NCBI RefSeq assembly: GCF_050920415.1
Contig: NZ_CP169309.1
Direction: 5' to 3' (one strand)
From: Escherichia coli
Lineage (GTDB): Bacteria; Pseudomonadota; Gammaproteobacteria; Enterobacterales; Enterobacteriaceae
DNA: 64,000 nt
In this document: positions 1 through 14,700 of the stretch, in pieces
Position numbering within the stretch: the first letter of the stretch is position 1
How the letters are laid out: the number at the start of each line of letters is the position of its first letter
Notes under the pieces: generated by a model
What the model saw: only the letters and a program-made list of their open reading frames with translations
Database searches by the model: none
Told to the model about the DNA's origin: nothing
Translations under genes and position numbers: made by a program

Positions 1-122
1 TGACCCACAAGATCGAAATTTGCCGCTTCGCCATATGGCAATTCTCCCTTCGGCAACCATAATTTTTGTTCATGGCTGACGACCCACCAGCCGTGATCTA
101 ATTTTTCAATTATACGATCCAT
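1..122 (-). CDS. nudC: NAD-capped RNA hydrolase / NADH pyrophosphatase NudC, 5' part only (runs off window start)
   Basis: Minus-strand translation from ATG at 122-120 reads [40 protein letters not shown], the NudC N-terminus; divergent from rsd as in E. coli. Confidence 0.8.
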
Positions 123-216
123 AGCTCTTGCACTACCTTTGCATCACTGGCATGTTTAACATGGTTTTTACATTTCTCACTGAGCAGTTTTTGAATACAA
201 ACTTGCGGAGTCAATC

Positions 217-693
217 ATGCTTAACCAGCTCGATAACCTGACGGAGCGCGTCAGAGGAAGTAACAAACTGGTTGATCGCTGGCTACATGTACGTAAGCAT
301 CTGCTCGTGGCTTACTACAATCTGGTTGGCATTAAGCCTGGCAAAGAATCGTACATGAGGCTAAACGAAAAAGCCCTTGATGATTTTTGTCAGAGCCTGG
401 TCGATTACTTGTCTGCCGGACATTTCAGTATTTATGAGCGCATTCTTCATAAACTGGAAGGCAATGGGCAACTCGCACGCGCCGCGAAGATTTGGCCACA
501 ACTCGAAGCCAATACCCAACAGATTATGGATTACTACGATTCCAGCCTGGAAACCGCTATCGATCATGATAATTACCTTGAGTTTCAACAGGTTTTATCT
601 GACATCGGCGAGGCCCTGGAAGCGCGCTTTGTGCTGGAAGATAAGCTGATTCTGCTGGTGCTTGACGCCGCCCGCGTCAAACATCCTGCTTGA
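217..693 (+). CDS. rsd: Regulator of sigma D (anti-sigma-70 factor) Rsd, 158 aa
   Basis: ORF track 217..693; full-length recognisable Rsd sequence. Confidence 0.93.
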   Translation: MLNQLDNLTERVRGSNKLVDRWLHVRKHLLVAYYNLVGIKPGKESYMRLNEKALDDFCQSLVDYLSAGHFSIYERILHKLEGNGQLARAAKIWPQLEANTQQIMDYYDSSLETAIDHDNYLEFQQVLSDIGEALEARFVLEDKLILLVLDAARVKHPA

Positions 694-749
694 GTTCTGC
701 GCTGTTAACGCGTAATTTACATTCAACGCCCCGTTTGCGGGGCTAATTT

Positions 750-860
750 CTTGTCGGAGTGCCTTAACTGGCTGAGACCGTTTATTCGGGATCCGCGGAA
801 CCTGATCAGGCTAATACCTGCGAAGGGAACAAGAGTTAATCTGCTATCGCATCGCCTTTG
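750..860 (+). promoter_or_regulatory. TPP (thi-box) riboswitch in the thiC leader
   Basis: Conserved thi-box core CTGAGA...ACCTGATCAGGCTAATACCTGCGAAGGGAA at about 770-830, immediately upstream of thiC. Confidence 0.8.
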
Positions 861-922
861 CGGCGATCGTCTCTTGCTTCATCCGTCGTCTGACAAGCCA
901 CGTCCTTAACTTTTTGGAATGA

Positions 923-2820
<1,898 letters not shown>

Positions 2821-2821
<1 letters not shown>

Positions 2822-3456
2822 TGTATCAGCCTGATTTTCCTCACGTACCTTTTCGTTTAGGACTGTACCCGGTAGTGGACAGCGTACAGTGGATCGAACG
2901 TCTGTTGGATGCAGGCGTGCGTACTCTCCAGCTGCGCATCAAAGATCGGCGCGATGAAGAGGTGGAAGCCGATGTCGTAGCAGCAATTGCGCTGGGCCGC
3001 CGCTATAACGCACGGCTGTTTATCAACGATTACTGGCAGCTGGCGATTAAGCATCAGGCGTATGGCGTCCATTTGGGGCAGGAAGATTTGCAATCTACCG
3101 ATCTCAATGCCATCCGCGCGGCAGGCCTGCGGCTGGGCGTTTCGACACATGATGATATGGAGATCGACGTCGCGTTGGCAGCACGTCCTTCTTATATCGC
3201 GCTAGGACATGTGTTCCCGACGCAAACCAAACAGATGCCTTCTGCACCGCAGGGGCTGGAACAGCTGGCACGGCATGTTGAGCGCCTGGCGGATTATCCC
3301 ACCGTGGCGATTGGCGGTATCAGTCTGCCGCGCGCGCCTGCGGTGATAGCAACGGGTGTCGGCAGTATCGCCGTTGTCAGCGCCATTACTCAAGCCGCAG
3401 ACTGGCGTTTGGCAACAGCACAGTTGCTGGAAATTGCAGGAGTTGGCGATGAATGA
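2821..3456 (+). CDS. thiE: Thiamine-phosphate synthase ThiE, 211 aa
   Basis: ORF track 2818..3456; start moved to ATG 2821, which overlaps the thiC stop (TGATG) and gives the canonical MYQPDFP N-terminus. Confidence 0.9.
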
Positions 3457-4204
3457 CCGTGACTTTATGCGTTATAGCCGCCAAATCCTGCTCGACGATA
3501 TCGCTCTTGACGGGCAGCAAAAACTGCTCGACAGCCAGGTGCTGATTATCGGTCTGGGTGGGTTGGGTACACCTGCTGCGCTATACCTGGCGGGAGCTGG
3601 TGTCGGGACGCTGGTACTGGCAGATGACGACGATGTGCATTTGAGCAATCTGCAACGACAAATCCTCTTTACGACTGAAGATATCGATCGCCCGAAATCG
3701 CAGGTCAGCCAACAGCGACTGACACAGTTGAATCCCGACATTCAACTGACAGCATTACAACAACGGTTAACGGGTAAGGCGTTAAAAGATGCGGTAGCAC
3801 GGGCCGATGTGGTACTCGACTGTACCGACAACATGGCGACTCGCCAGGAGATTAATACCGCCTGCGTAGCACTTAACACACCGCTTATCATCGCCAGCGC
3901 GGTCGGATTTGGTGGTCAGTTGATGGTGCTGACACCGCCCTGGGAACAGGGGTGTTACCGCTGCCTGTGGCCGGATAACCAGGAGCCAGAACGCAACTGC
4001 CGCACGGCGGGCGTGGTTGGCCCGGTGGTCGGGGTCATGGGCACGTTACAGGCACTGGAAGCAATTAAGCTATTGAGTGGTATAGAGACCCCTGCGGGAT
4101 ATCTTCGACTGTTTGACGGTAAATTAAACCAATGGCGCAACCTGGCGTTGCGCCGTGCCAGCAGTTGCCCAGTATGCGGAGGAAGCAATGCAGATCCTGT
4201 TTAA
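3449..4204 (+). CDS. thiF: ThiS adenylyltransferase ThiF, 251 aa
   Basis: ORF track 3356..4204 is N-terminally extended; known ThiF begins [12 protein letters not shown] at ATG 3449, overlapping the thiE stop. Confidence 0.9.
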   Translation: MNDRDFMRYSRQILLDDIALDGQQKLLDSQVLIIGLGGLGTPAALYLAGAGVGTLVLADDDDVHLSNLQRQILFTTEDIDRPKSQVSQQRLTQLNPDIQLTALQQRLTGKALKDAVARADVVLDCTDNMATRQEINTACVALNTPLIIASAVGFGGQLMVLTPPWEQGCYRCLWPDNQEPERNCRTAGVVGPVVGVMGTLQALEAIKLLSGIETPAGYLRLFDGKLNQWRNLALRRASSCPVCGGSNADPV

Positions 4205-4388
4205 CGATCAACCGATGCAGTGCGTCGCCGGACTAACTGTTCACGAACTGCTGGAGCAACTCGATCAACAACAAGCAGGTGCGGCACTGGCAATTAATCA
4301 GCAAATCGTCCCGCGGGAGCAATGGGCGCAACATATCGTGCAGGATGGCGACCAGATCCTGCTTTTTCAGGTTATTGCAGGGGGTTGA
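4188..4388 (+). CDS. thiS: Sulfur carrier protein ThiS, 66 aa, C-terminal GG
   Basis: ORF track 4155..4388; start set to MQILFND; ubiquitin-like fold ending in GG. Confidence 0.88.
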   Translation: MQILFNDQPMQCVAGLTVHELLEQLDQQQAGAALAINQQIVPREQWAQHIVQDGDQILLFQVIAGG

Positions 4389-4389
4389 G

Positions 4390-5160
4390 ATGTTACGTAT
4401 TGCGGGCAAAACGTTTGATTCACATCTGTTTACCGGCACCGGGAAATTCGCCTCTTCACAATTGATGGTGGAGGCGATCCGCGCTTCCGGCAGCCAACTG
4501 GTGACGCTGGCGATGAAACGTGTCGACTTGCGCCAACACAACGATGCTATCCTCGATCCACTTATCGCGGCGGGTGTGACACTACTGCCAAATACTTCTG
4601 GGGCGAAAACTGCGGAAGAAGCCATTTTCGCCGCTCATCTGGCACGTGAAGCGTTAGGCACAAACTGGCTAAAATTAGAGATTCACCCTGACGCCCGCTG
4701 GCTGTTGCCCGATCCCATCGAAACCCTGAAAGCCGCCGAAATGTTGGTGCAACAGGGATTTGTCGTGCTGCCTTACTGCGGTGCCGATCCAGTGTTGTGC
4801 AAACGTCTGGAGGAAGTGGGCTGTGCAGCAGTAATGCCGCTCGGCGCACCAATTGGCTCTAATCAGGGACTGGAAACCCGCGCCATGCTGGAGATTATTA
4901 TCCAGCAAGCCACGGTTCCGGTGGTCGTTGATGCTGGCATTGGCGTTCCCAGCCATGCCGCGCAGGCGCTTGAAATGGGAGCCGATGCGGTGTTAGTGAA
5001 TACGGCGATTGCCGTCGCGGACGATCCCGTCAACATGGCGAAGGCATTTCGTCTGGCGGTAGACGCCGGCCTGCTGGCACGTCAGTCCGGGCCGGGCAGT
5101 CGCAGTCATTTTGCTCATGCCACTAGCCCGCTGACCGGATTTCTGGAGGCATCGGCATGA
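4390..5160 (+). CDS. thiG: Thiazole synthase ThiG, 256 aa
   Basis: ORF track 4279..5160 is extended; known start [11 protein letters not shown] at 4390, one nt after the thiS stop. Confidence 0.92.
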   Translation: MLRIAGKTFDSHLFTGTGKFASSQLMVEAIRASGSQLVTLAMKRVDLRQHNDAILDPLIAAGVTLLPNTSGAKTAEEAIFAAHLAREALGTNWLKLEIHPDARWLLPDPIETLKAAEMLVQQGFVVLPYCGADPVLCKRLEEVGCAAVMPLGAPIGSNQGLETRAMLEIIIQQATVPVVVDAGIGVPSHAAQALEMGADAVLVNTAIAVADDPVNMAKAFRLAVDAGLLARQSGPGSRSHFAHATSPLTGFLEASA

Positions 5161-6290
5161 AAACCTTCAGCGATCGCTGGCGACAACTGGACTGGGACGA
5201 CATCCGCCTGCGTATCAACAGCAAAACGGCTGCTGACGTAGAGCGGGCGCTCAATGCCTCGCAACTCACTCGCGACGATATGATGGCATTGCTATCACCT
5301 GCCGCCAGTGAATACCTGGAACCACTGGCTCAACGGGCGCAGCGTCTGACCCGTCAGCGATTTGGCAACGTCATCAGCTTCTACGTCCCGCTTTATCTCT
5401 CTAATCTTTGCGCTAACGACTGCACTTACTGCGGATTTTCCATGAGCAATCGCATCAAGCGTAAAACGCTGGATGAAGCGGATATCGCCAGGGAAAGCGC
5501 CGCTATCCGGGAGATGGGCTTTGAACATCTATTGCTGGTCACTGGTGAACATCAGACGAAAGTGGGGATGGATTACTTTCGTCGTCATCTCCCTGTCCTG
5601 CGTGAACAGTTCTCTTCACTACAGATGGAAGTACAGCCACTGGCGGAAGCGGAATACGCCGAGTTAAAGCAACTTGGTCTGGATGGGGTGATGGTTTATC
5701 AGGAGACATATCACGAGGCGACATACGCCCACCATCATCTGAAAGGGAAAAAACAGGACTTCTTCTGGCGGCTGGAAACGCCGGATCGGCTGGGCCGTGC
5801 GGGGATAGATAAGATAGGCCTCGGCGCGCTAATCGGCCTTTCCGACAGCTGGCGCGTTGACTGCTATATGGTTGCCGAACATTTGCTATGGCTGCAACAA
5901 CATTACTGGCAAAGCCGTTACTCTGTCTCCTTCCCGCGCCTGCGCCCGTGTACTGGCGGGATTGAGCCAGCGTCGATTATGGATGAACGCCAGTTAGTGC
6001 AAACTATCTGCGCCTTCCGCCTACTTGCGCCGGAGATTGAACTGTCACTCTCCACGCGGGAATCACCGTGGTTTCGCGATCGCGTTATTCCGCTGGCGAT
6101 CAATAACGTCAGCGCCTTCTCGAAAACGCAACCAGGTGGTTATGCCGACAATCATCCCGAGCTGGAACAGTTCTCACCGCACGACGATCGCAGACCAGAA
6201 GCGGTGGCCGCCGCGTTAACCGCTCAGGGTTTGCAGCCGGTGTGGAAAGACTGGGACAGCTATCTGGGACGCGCCTCGCAAAGGACATGA
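5157..6290 (+). CDS. thiH: 2-iminoacetate synthase (tyrosine lyase) ThiH, radical SAM, 377 aa
   Basis: ORF track; [10 protein letters not shown] radical-SAM motif; overlaps thiG stop by 4 nt. Confidence 0.93.
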   Translation: MKTFSDRWRQLDWDDIRLRINSKTAADVERALNASQLTRDDMMALLSPAASEYLEPLAQRAQRLTRQRFGNVISFYVPLYLSNLCANDCTYCGFSMSNRIKRKTLDEADIARESAAIREMGFEHLLLVTGEHQTKVGMDYFRRHLPVLREQFSSLQMEVQPLAEAEYAELKQLGLDGVMVYQETYHEATYAHHHLKGKKQDFFWRLETPDRLGRAGIDKIGLGALIGLSDSWRVDCYMVAEHLLWLQQHYWQSRYSVSFPRLRPCTGGIEPASIMDERQLVQTICAFRLLAPEIELSLSTRESPWFRDRVIPLAINNVSAFSKTQPGGYADNHPELEQFSPHDDRRPEAVAAALTAQGLQPVWKDWDSYLGRASQRT

Positions 6291-6340
6291 GACAAAATGT
6301 AAGAACGTAAATTTATTCCGAGCAGCTACGGAAGATGAAA

Positions 6341-6377
6341 AACGCAAGGTTGTTGAAAGCGTTGCGTTTTTTTATGT
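6341..6377 (+). terminator. Putative rho-independent terminator of the thi operon
   Basis: Inverted repeat AACGCAA...TTGCGTT followed by a T7 run, about 50 nt after the thiH stop. Confidence 0.5.
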
Positions 6378-6539
6378 TAGTACCGTCAGCAGGAATGTTG
6401 TCCAGGGCGAAAAGCTTCTTCCTCGTTTCGCCCTGCCTTTCTTAAAAATTCCGTAATGCAAAGTCTGAAGCCATCGCCTGTTGAGCAATGAAAGAGATCT
6501 GATTGTAAGAGAGTAAATACTCAACTATCATAGAGACGA

Positions 6540-6707
6540 AAATAAGAACACATGTTCTCATCTTCCAGGATGCAGCAGACTGAAGAAATTCAGACATCCC
6601 GCAACCTGCGATTATCGCAAGGTCAAGGCAAAGTCCGGTAATGGCGTTCTGAATACCAGAGATAATTCTCTGGCGAAACCCACCTTAAGGTGGGTTTTGT
6701 TATTTTG
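6540..6707 (+). ncRNA. Candidate small RNA in the thiH-yjaZ intergenic region (possibly SroH-like)
   Basis: About 400 nt ORF-free spacer; plus-strand hairpin AACCCACC-TTAA-GGTGGGTT followed by a T-rich tract at 6678-6707; recalled from memory that an sRNA is annotated at this locus in K-12; 5' end not determinable from sequence. Confidence 0.3.
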
Positions 6708-7239
6708 ATGGCTGAGGAAGCTGCTTATTTCTCAATAAGTTGTAGGCAATGGTGAAAAATTTCACTGATTTACCTTTCTGTTTTTCAGAAATGGGATAAG
6801 CGCTAGTTACATGCAAACGAAGTTTTTTCTTTTCCCTGAAAGCCCTGAACGCAACAAAGTAAAATGCCTTGTCTCCTCCGTTTAAATCCACTTCAATCAC
6901 GGCATAGCTACCATACCCAGCATGAATAACGTTGCTTTCTGGCAGCGCCAAAATGGTTCTTTTTAAGTGTATGCGCGCTAAGTTATAACGGTGCTGGCAG
7001 AAGGGACGAGATTCTTTAGGCGCGTGGTACATTAACGATTGTTTTTCTTCGTTAGTCTGATGTTCATAATCTTTTGTGAAGCAGTGAAGAGAGTAGGTAA
7101 CCCAGAAGCGATACTCTAAAGGCTCTTTGCCCTCATGATGCTGAACGTAGACAGCCTGATGAGCATCAAGAAATGATAAATCACGAATATCACCATCCGG
7201 ATGTCCAAAAGGTCGCCACTTCTCCACTTCCTGTTTCAT
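6700..7239 (-). CDS. yjaZ: YjaZ/HtrC family protein, 179 aa
   Basis: ORF track; sequence recognisable as E. coli YjaZ. Confidence 0.88.
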   Translation of the reverse strand: MKQEVEKWRPFGHPDGDIRDLSFLDAHQAVYVQHHEGKEPLEYRFWVTYSLHCFTKDYEHQTNEEKQSLMYHAPKESRPFCQHRYNLARIHLKRTILALPESNVIHAGYGSYAVIEVDLNGGDKAFYFVAFRAFREKKKLRLHVTSAYPISEKQKGKSVKFFTIAYNLLRNKQLPQPSK

Positions 7240-7403
7240 TATCGTTCCTTAAGAAAGTCACACAGGAATAGTATCGAATTCTTGCCGAGCTTGACTCAAT
7301 TAGTTCAGTCAGTTTCAGGATATTAGTCATCTCTACATTGATTATGAGTATCCAGAAATTCATTAAATATTCTGACAAATGCTCTTTCCCTAAACTACCC
7401 CCA

Positions 7404-7431
7404 TAAAAAAACCCGCCGAAGCGGGTTTTTA
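7404..7431 (-). terminator. rpoC rho-independent terminator
   Basis: Minus strand: AAAAACCCGC-TTCG-GCGGGTTTTTTT, about 20 nt after the rpoC stop. Confidence 0.8.
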
Positions 7432-7451
7432 CGTTATTTGCGGATTAACGA

Positions 7452-10400
7452 TTACTCGTTATCAGAACCGCCCAGACCTGCGTTCAGCAGTTCTGCCAGG
7501 CTGGCAGATGCGTCTTCTGCAGTCACCTGCGGTGCAGCCGGAGCTTCACCCGCAGCACGGCGACGCATACGATCCTGGTGGTACGCGTAACCGGTACCTG
7601 CCGGGATCAGACGACCCACGATAACGTTCTCTTTCAGGCCGCGCAGTTCGTCGCGTTTGCCCGCAACGGCTGCTTCGGTCAGCACGCGAGTGGTCTCCTG
7701 GAACGATGCCGCGGAGATGAAGGACTCGGTTGCCAGAGACGCTTTGGTGATACCCAGCAGATCGCGGGAGTAAGTTGCACCCACTTTGCCGTTCGCTTCC
7801 AGTTCGCGGTTTGCGATCTTGACGCGAGAGTATTCAACCTGTTCGCCTTCCAGGAAGTCGGAGCTGCCCGCGTTAACGATGGTAGCTTTACGCAGCATCT
7901 GACGAACGATAACTTCGATGTGTTTATCGTTAATCTTAACGCCCTGCAGACGGTATACGTCCTGTACTTCATTAACGATGTAACGAGTCACAGCATGAAC
8001 ACCACGCAGACGCAGAATGTCATGCGGCGCTTCCGGACCGTCGGAAATTACGTCACCACGTTCTACACGTTCACCTTCGAACACGTTGAGCTGACGCCAT
8101 TTCGGAATCATCTCTTCATACGGCTCGCTACCGTCTACCGGGGTGATAACCAGACGACGTTTACCTTTGGTTTCTTTACCGAAGGAAACCACACCGCTGA
8201 TTTCAGCCAGGATTGCCGGCTCTTTCGGACGACGTGCTTCGAACAGGTCCGCAACGCGTGGCAGACCACCGGTGATGTCCTTGGTACCGCCAGATTCTTG
8301 CGGAATACGCGCCAGGGTGTCACCGGAGCTGATCTGTACGCCATCTTCCAGCTGAACAATCGCTTTACCCGGCAGGAAGTACTGCGCAGGCATGTCGGTA
8401 CCCGGGATCAGAACGTCGTTACCCTGAGCATCAACGATTTTCAGTGCCGGACGCAGATCTTTACCACCTGCGGTACGTTCTGCGGAATCCAGAACCACCA
8501 GCGAAGACAGACCGGTCAATTCGTCGGTCTGACGAGTAATGGTCTGGCCGTCGATCATGTCAGTAAAGCGTACAAAACCGCTTACTTCGGTGATAACCGG
8601 CATGGTGTGCGGGTCCCAGTTTGCAACGGTCTCGCCGCCAGCAACCTGTTCGCCATCGCCTTTCGCCAGTACTGCACCGTAAGGCACTTTATAGCTTTCT
8701 TTGGTACGACCGAATTCGTCGATCAATTTCAGTTCGGTGTTACGGGAAGTGATAACCAGTTTACCGCTGGAGTTCACAACCGACTTCACGTTGCTGAGCT
8801 TGATGCTACCTTTGTTTTTCACCTGGATGCTGGATTCAGCAGCCGCACGAGATGCCGCACCACCGATGTGGAACGTACGCATGGTCAGCTGTGTACCCGG
8901 TTCACCGATGGACTGTGCCGCGATAACACCGATTGCTTCACCTTTGTTGATGATGTGGCCACGTGCCAGGTCACGACCGTAGCAGTGCGCACATACACCA
9001 AAGTCGGTGTCACAAGATACAACAGAACGTACTTTAACCGCGTCGACAGAGTTCTCTTCCAGCAGGTCACACCACTGTTCGTGCAGCAGCGTGTTGCGCG
9101 GAACGAGGATATCAGCAGTACCCGGCTTCAGAACGTCTTCAGCAGTTACACGACCCAGTACGCGATCGCGCAGCGGCTCTTTAACGTCACCACCTTCGAT
9201 AACCGGAGTCATCATGATACCTTCATGAGTACCACAATCGTCTTCGGTAACCACCAGGTCCTGCGCCACGTCAACCAGACGACGAGTCAGGTAACCGGAG
9301 TTCGCAGTTTTCAGTGCGGTATCCGCCAGACCTTTACGAGCACCGTGGGTTGAGATGAAGTACTGGAGTACGTTCAGACCTTCACGGAAGTTCGCGGTGA
9401 TTGGCGTTTCGATGATGGAGCCATCCGGCTTCGCCATCAGACCACGCATACCCGCCAGCTGACGAATCTGTGCCGCAGAACCACGCGCACCGGAGTCGGC
9501 CATCATGTAGATGCTGTTGAAGGAAACCTGCTTCTCTTCCTGACCGTCACGGTTAATAACGGTTTCAGTTTGCAGATTATCCATCATCGCTTTGGATACA
9601 CGATCGTTCGCCGCAGCCCAGATATCGATAACTTTGTTGTAGCGTTCGCCCGCAGTTACCAGACCAGACTGGAACTGCTCCTGAATCTCAGCAACTTCAG
9701 CTTCTGCCTCGGAGATGATTTCGTGTTTCTTCTCCGGGATGACCATGTCATCGATACCAACAGATGCACCAGAACGCGCTGCATATGCAAAGCCGGTGTA
9801 CATGATCTGGTCCGCAAAAATAACGGTCGGTTTCAGACCGAGAATGCGGTAGCAGGTGTTCAGCATTTTGGAGATTGCTTTCTTACCCAGCGCCTGGTTG
9901 ACGATGGAGTAAGGCAGACCTTTCGGTACAATCATCCACAGAATAGCACGGCCAACGGTCGTATCTTTCAGGCTGGTTTTCGCTACTAATTCACCGTTAG
10001 CATCTTTTTCATACTCGGTGATACGCACTTTAACGCGCGCATGCAGAGAAGCCAGACCAGAGCGATACAGACGTTCTGCTTCTTTCGGGCCAGTCAGCAC
10101 CATGCCTTCGCCTTTGGCGTTAACACAGTCGCGGGTCATGTAGTACAGACCCAGTACAACGTCCTGAGACGGAACGATGATTGGTTCGCCGTTCGCCGGG
10201 GACAGGATGTTGTTGGTAGACATCATCAGCGCACGCGCTTCCAGCTGGGCTTCCAGCGTCAGCGGTACGTGAACAGCCATCTGGTCACCATCGAAGTCGG
10301 CGTTATATGCCGCACAAACCAGCGGGTGCAGCTGGATAGCTTTGCCTTCGATCAGTACCGGTTCAAATGCCTGGATACCCAGACGGTGCAGAGTCGGTGC

Positions 10401-11675
10401 ACGGTTCAGCAGTACCGGGTGTTCGCGGATAACTTCGTCCAGGATATCCCAAACGACAGCTTCTTCGCGCTCAACCATTTTCTTCGCAGCTTTAATGGTG
10501 GTAGCAAGACCACGCAGTTCCAGCTTGCCGTAGATGAACGGTTTGAACAGTTCCAGTGCCATTTTCTTCGGCAGACCGCACTGATGCAGACGCAGGTATG
10601 GACCTACGGTGATTACAGAACGACCGGAGTAGTCAACACGCTTACCGAGCAGGTTCTGACGGAAACGACCCTGTTTACCTTTGATCATGTCGGCCAAAGA
10701 TTTCAGAGGACGCTTGTTAGAACCAGTGATCGCACGACCACGACGACCGTTATCCAGCAGGGCGTCTACCGCTTCCTGCAGCATACGTTTTTCGTTACGT
10801 ACGATGATGTCCGGCGCAGCCAGATCCAGCAGACGTTTCAGACGGTTGTTACGGTTAATGACGCGACGATACAGATCGTTCAGGTCAGAAGTCGCGAAAC
10901 GACCACCATCCAGCGGAACCAGCGGACGCAGATCTGGCGGCAGTACCGGCAGAACGGTCAGGATCATCCACTCTGGTTTGTTACCAGACTGAACGAACGC
11001 TTCCAGCAGTTTGATACGCTTGGTCAGCTTTTTACGCTTGGTTTCGGAGTTGGTTTCGTTCAGCTCTTCACGCAGCTGTTCGCACTCTTGCTCCAGATCC
11101 ATGCTCTTCAGCAGAGCCTGGATTGCTTCCGCACCCATTTTCGCGTCGAATTCGTCACCGAACTCTTCCAGCGCGTCCAGATACTGCTCTTCAGTCAGGA
11201 TCTGCTGACGCTCCAGGTTGGTCATACCGCCTTCGATAACCACATAGGATTCGAAGTACAGTACGCGTTCGATATCGCGCAGCGGCATATCGAGCAGCAG
11301 GCCGATACGGGACGGCAGCGATTTCAGGAACCAGATGTGCGCAGTCGGGGAAGCCAGTTCGATGTGGCCCATACGCTCACGGCGTACTTTAGTCTGGGTC
11401 ACTTCAACGCCGCACTTCTCACAGATGACGCCACGGTGTTTCAGGCGCTTGTACTTACCGCACAGGCACTCGTAATCTTTTACCGGCCCAAAGATACGGG
11501 CGCAGAAAAGGCCGTCACGTTCTGGTTTGAACGTACGGTAGTTGATGGTTTCCGGCTTTTTAACTTCACCGAAAGACCATGAACGGATCATGTCTGGCGA
11601 AGCCAGAGCAATTTTGATCGCATCAAACTCTTCGGTTTTAGTCTGCGCTTTCAGAAACTTTAATAAATCTTTCAC
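7452..11675 (-). CDS. rpoC: RNA polymerase beta' subunit RpoC, 1407 aa
   Basis: ORF track; full-length recognisable RpoC (NADFDGD catalytic motif). Confidence 0.98.
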   Translation of the reverse strand: MKDLLKFLKAQTKTEEFDAIKIALASPDMIRSWSFGEVKKPETINYRTFKPERDGLFCARIFGPVKDYECLCGKYKRLKHRGVICEKCGVEVTQTKVRRERMGHIELASPTAHIWFLKSLPSRIGLLLDMPLRDIERVLYFESYVVIEGGMTNLERQQILTEEQYLDALEEFGDEFDAKMGAEAIQALLKSMDLEQECEQLREELNETNSETKRKKLTKRIKLLEAFVQSGNKPEWMILTVLPVLPPDLRPLVPLDGGRFATSDLNDLYRRVINRNNRLKRLLDLAAPDIIVRNEKRMLQEAVDALLDNGRRGRAITGSNKRPLKSLADMIKGKQGRFRQNLLGKRVDYSGRSVITVGPYLRLHQCGLPKKMALELFKPFIYGKLELRGLATTIKAAKKMVEREEAVVWDILDEVIREHPVLLNRAPTLHRLGIQAFEPVLIEGKAIQLHPLVCAAYNADFDGDQMAVHVPLTLEAQLEARALMMSTNNILSPANGEPIIVPSQDVVLGLYYMTRDCVNAKGEGMVLTGPKEAERLYRSGLASLHARVKVRITEYEKDANGELVAKTSLKDTTVGRAILWMIVPKGLPYSIVNQALGKKAISKMLNTCYRILGLKPTVIFADQIMYTGFAYAARSGASVGIDDMVIPEKKHEIISEAEAEVAEIQEQFQSGLVTAGERYNKVIDIWAAANDRVSKAMMDNLQTETVINRDGQEEKQVSFNSIYMMADSGARGSAAQIRQLAGMRGLMAKPDGSIIETPITANFREGLNVLQYFISTHGARKGLADTALKTANSGYLTRRLVDVAQDLVVTEDDCGTHEGIMMTPVIEGGDVKEPLRDRVLGRVTAEDVLKPGTADILVPRNTLLHEQWCDLLEENSVDAVKVRSVVSCDTDFGVCAHCYGRDLARGHIINKGEAIGVIAAQSIGEPGTQLTMRTFHIGGAASRAAAESSIQVKNKGSIKLSNVKSVVNSSGKLVITSRNTELKLIDEFGRTKESYKVPYGAVLAKGDGEQVAGGETVANWDPHTMPVITEVSGFVRFTDMIDGQTITRQTDELTGLSSLVVLDSAERTAGGKDLRPALKIVDAQGNDVLIPGTDMPAQYFLPGKAIVQLEDGVQISSGDTLARIPQESGGTKDITGGLPRVADLFEARRPKEPAILAEISGVVSFGKETKGKRRLVITPVDGSEPYEEMIPKWRQLNVFEGERVERGDVISDGPEAPHDILRLRGVHAVTRYIVNEVQDVYRLQGVKINDKHIEVIVRQMLRKATIVNAGSSDFLEGEQVEYSRVKIANRELEANGKVGATYSRDLLGITKASLATESFISAASFQETTRVLTEAAVAGKRDELRGLKENVIVGRLIPAGTGYAYHQDRMRRRAAGEAPAAPQVTAEDASASLAELLNAGLGGSDNE

Positions 11676-11751
11676 GGATTTGCTCCCGTCGGAGTTAGCA
11701 CAATCCGCTGCCGGGTTTTACCCCGACAGCAGTGACCTGTTTGAGCGAGAA

Positions 11752-14700
11752 TTACTCGTCTTCCAGTTCGATGTTGATACCCAGCGAACGAATCTCTTTC
11801 AACAATACGTTGAAGGATTCTGGCATGCCCGGCTCCATCTGATGGTTGCCGTCCACGATGTTTTTATACATCTTGGTACGACCGTTCACGTCATCAGACT
11901 TAACGGTGAGCATTTCCTGCAGGGTGTATGCTGCGCCGTATGCTTCCAGCGCCCACACTTCCATCTCCCCGAAACGCTGACCACCGAACTGTGCCTTACC
12001 ACCCAGCGGCTGCTGAGTAACCAGGCTGTAAGAACCGGTGGAACGCGCGTGCATCTTGTCGTCGACCAGGTGGTTCAGTTTCAGCATGTACATGTAACCC
12101 ACGGTTACCGGACGTTCGAACTGTTCACCAGTGCGACCGTCGTACAGGCGGATCTGACCAGAAGTCGGCAGGTCGCCAAGTTTCAGCAGTTCTTTAATTT
12201 CTGCTTCTTTCGCACCGTCGAAGACCGGCGTTGCGATTGGCATACCTTTGCGCAGGTTTTCAGCCAGACGCATAACTTCTTCATCGCTGAAGGTACTCAG
12301 GTCAACTTTCTGACGAACGTCAGCGCCCAGATCGTAAGCACGCTGGATGAATTCGCGCAGTTTCGCGACTTCTTGCTGCTGTTTCAGCATGGCGTTGATC
12401 TTGTCGCCGATACCTTTCGCAGCCATACCCAGGTGGGTTTCGAGGATCTGACCGATGTTCATACGAGACGGTACGCCCAGCGGGTTCAGTACGATGTCTA
12501 CCGGCGTACCGTTTTCATCGTAAGGCATATCTTCGATCGGGTTGATCTTAGAAATTACACCCTTGTTACCGTGACGACCTGCCATCTTGTCACCAGGCTG
12601 GATACGGCGTTTAACCGCCAGATATACCTTAACAATCTTCAGCACGCCCGGTGCCAGATCATCGCCCTGGGTGATTTTGCGGCGTTTCGCTTCGAGTTTC
12701 TTCTCGAACTCGTGTTTCAGTTCGTCATACTGCTCAGCCAGCTGTTCCAGCTGATTTTGTTTCTCTTCGTCGGTCAGGCCCAGCTCCAGCCAGCGATCGC
12801 GCGGCAGTTTGTCGAGCTTCTCAGCTTCAACGCCACCGGCTACCAGCACAGCACGGATACGGCTGAACAGACCCGCTTCGAGGATCTGCAGTTCTTCAGA
12901 CAGGTCTTTCTTCGCCTGTTTGAGCTGCATTTCTTCGATTTCCAGCGCACGTTTGTCTTTTTCTACGCCATCGCGAGTAAAGACCTGAACGTCGATAACC
13001 GTACCGGATACACCGTTTGGTACGCGCAGAGAAGAGTCTTTAACGTCAGACGCTTTCTCACCGAAGATCGCACGCAGCAGTTTTTCTTCTGGGGTCAGCT
13101 GAGTTTCACCTTTCGGCGTTACCTTACCAACCAGAATGTCGCCACCGGTTACTTCCGCACCAATGTAAACGATACCGGATTCATCCAGTTTGGAGAGCGC
13201 AGCTTCACCCACGTTCGGGATGTCAGCGGTGATCTCTTCTGGCCCCAGCTTGGTGTCACGGGACACACATGCCAGTTCCTGAATGTGAATGGTGGTGAAA
13301 CGATCTTCCTGAACAACACGCTCGGATACGAGGATGGAGTCTTCGAAGTTGTAACCATTCCACGGCATGAACGCTACACGCATGTTCTGACCGAGCGCCA
13401 GTTCACCGAGATCGGTGGACGGACCGTCTGCCAGCACGTCGCCGCGCTCTACCGGTTCACCCAGAGACACACACGGCATCTGGTTGATACAGGTGTTCTG
13501 GTTAGAACGGGTGTATTTGGTCAGGTTGTAGATGTCGATACCCGCTTCGCCCGGATACATCTCGTCTTCGTTAACTTTGATAACGATACGGGAAGCATCC
13601 ACGTACTGAACGACACCACCACGTTTAGCAACCGCAGTTACACCGGAGTCAACGGCAACAGCACGTTCCATACCCGTACCAACCAGCGGCTTATCAGCAC
13701 GCAGAGTCGGAACGGCCTGACGTTGCATGTTCGCACCCATCAATGCACGGTTGGCGTCATCGTGTTCAAGGAACGGGATCAGGGACGCACCGACGGATAC
13801 CACCTGCTGGGTGGATACGTCCATGTAGTCAACCTGGTCGCGGCTGAACAAGCTGGATTCGCCTTTGCTACGGCAAGTTACCAGGTCTTCTACGAAGTGG
13901 CCTTCTTCATCCAGGTTGGAGTTCGCCTGGGCGATAACGTAGTTGCCTTCTTCGATAGCAGACAGGTAGTGAATTTCGTCGGTTACAACACCGTCGATCA
14001 CTTTACGGTACGGCGTCTCAAGGAAGCCATATTCGTTAGTCTGTGCGTACACGGACAGGGAGTTGATCAGACCGATGTTCGGGCCTTCAGGAGTTTCGAT
14101 TGGACATACGCGACCGTAGTGAGTCGGGTGTACGTCTCGAACTTCGAAGCCTGCACGTTCACGGGTCAGACCGCCTGGGCCGAGTGCGGAGATACGACGC
14201 TTGTGCGTAATCTCAGACAGCGGGTTGTTCTGGTCCATAAACTGAGACAGCTGGCTGGAACCAAAGAACTCTTTCACTGCTGCGGAAATCGGTTTGGCGT
14301 TGATCATATCCTGAGGCATCAGGGTATCCAGATCGCCCAGAGACAAACGCTCTTTCACCGCACGCTCTACACGTACCAGGCCAACGCGGAACTGGTTTTC
14401 CGCCATTTCGCCAACGGAACGGATACGACGGTTACCGAGGTGGTCGATATCATCGACTTCGCCTTTACCGTTACGGATATCGATGAGCTTTTTCATAACA
14501 TCAATGATGTCGTCTTTGCTCAGGATACCGGAACCTTCGATTTCGTCGCGCAGCAGAGAACGGTTGAACTTCATACGACCAACCGCAGACAAGTCATAGC
14601 GGTCTTCGGAGAAGAACAGGTTCTCGAACAGGCTTTCAGCGGCTTCACGAGTCGGCGGCTCGCCAGGGCGCATCATGCGGTAGATTTCTACCAGTGCGCT

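Noticed and set aside
14180-14265. Looked for rifampicin-resistance substitutions in the rpoB resistance-determining region
   Set aside because: The region reads [67 protein letters not shown], which is wild type at the classic D516/H526/S531 positions.
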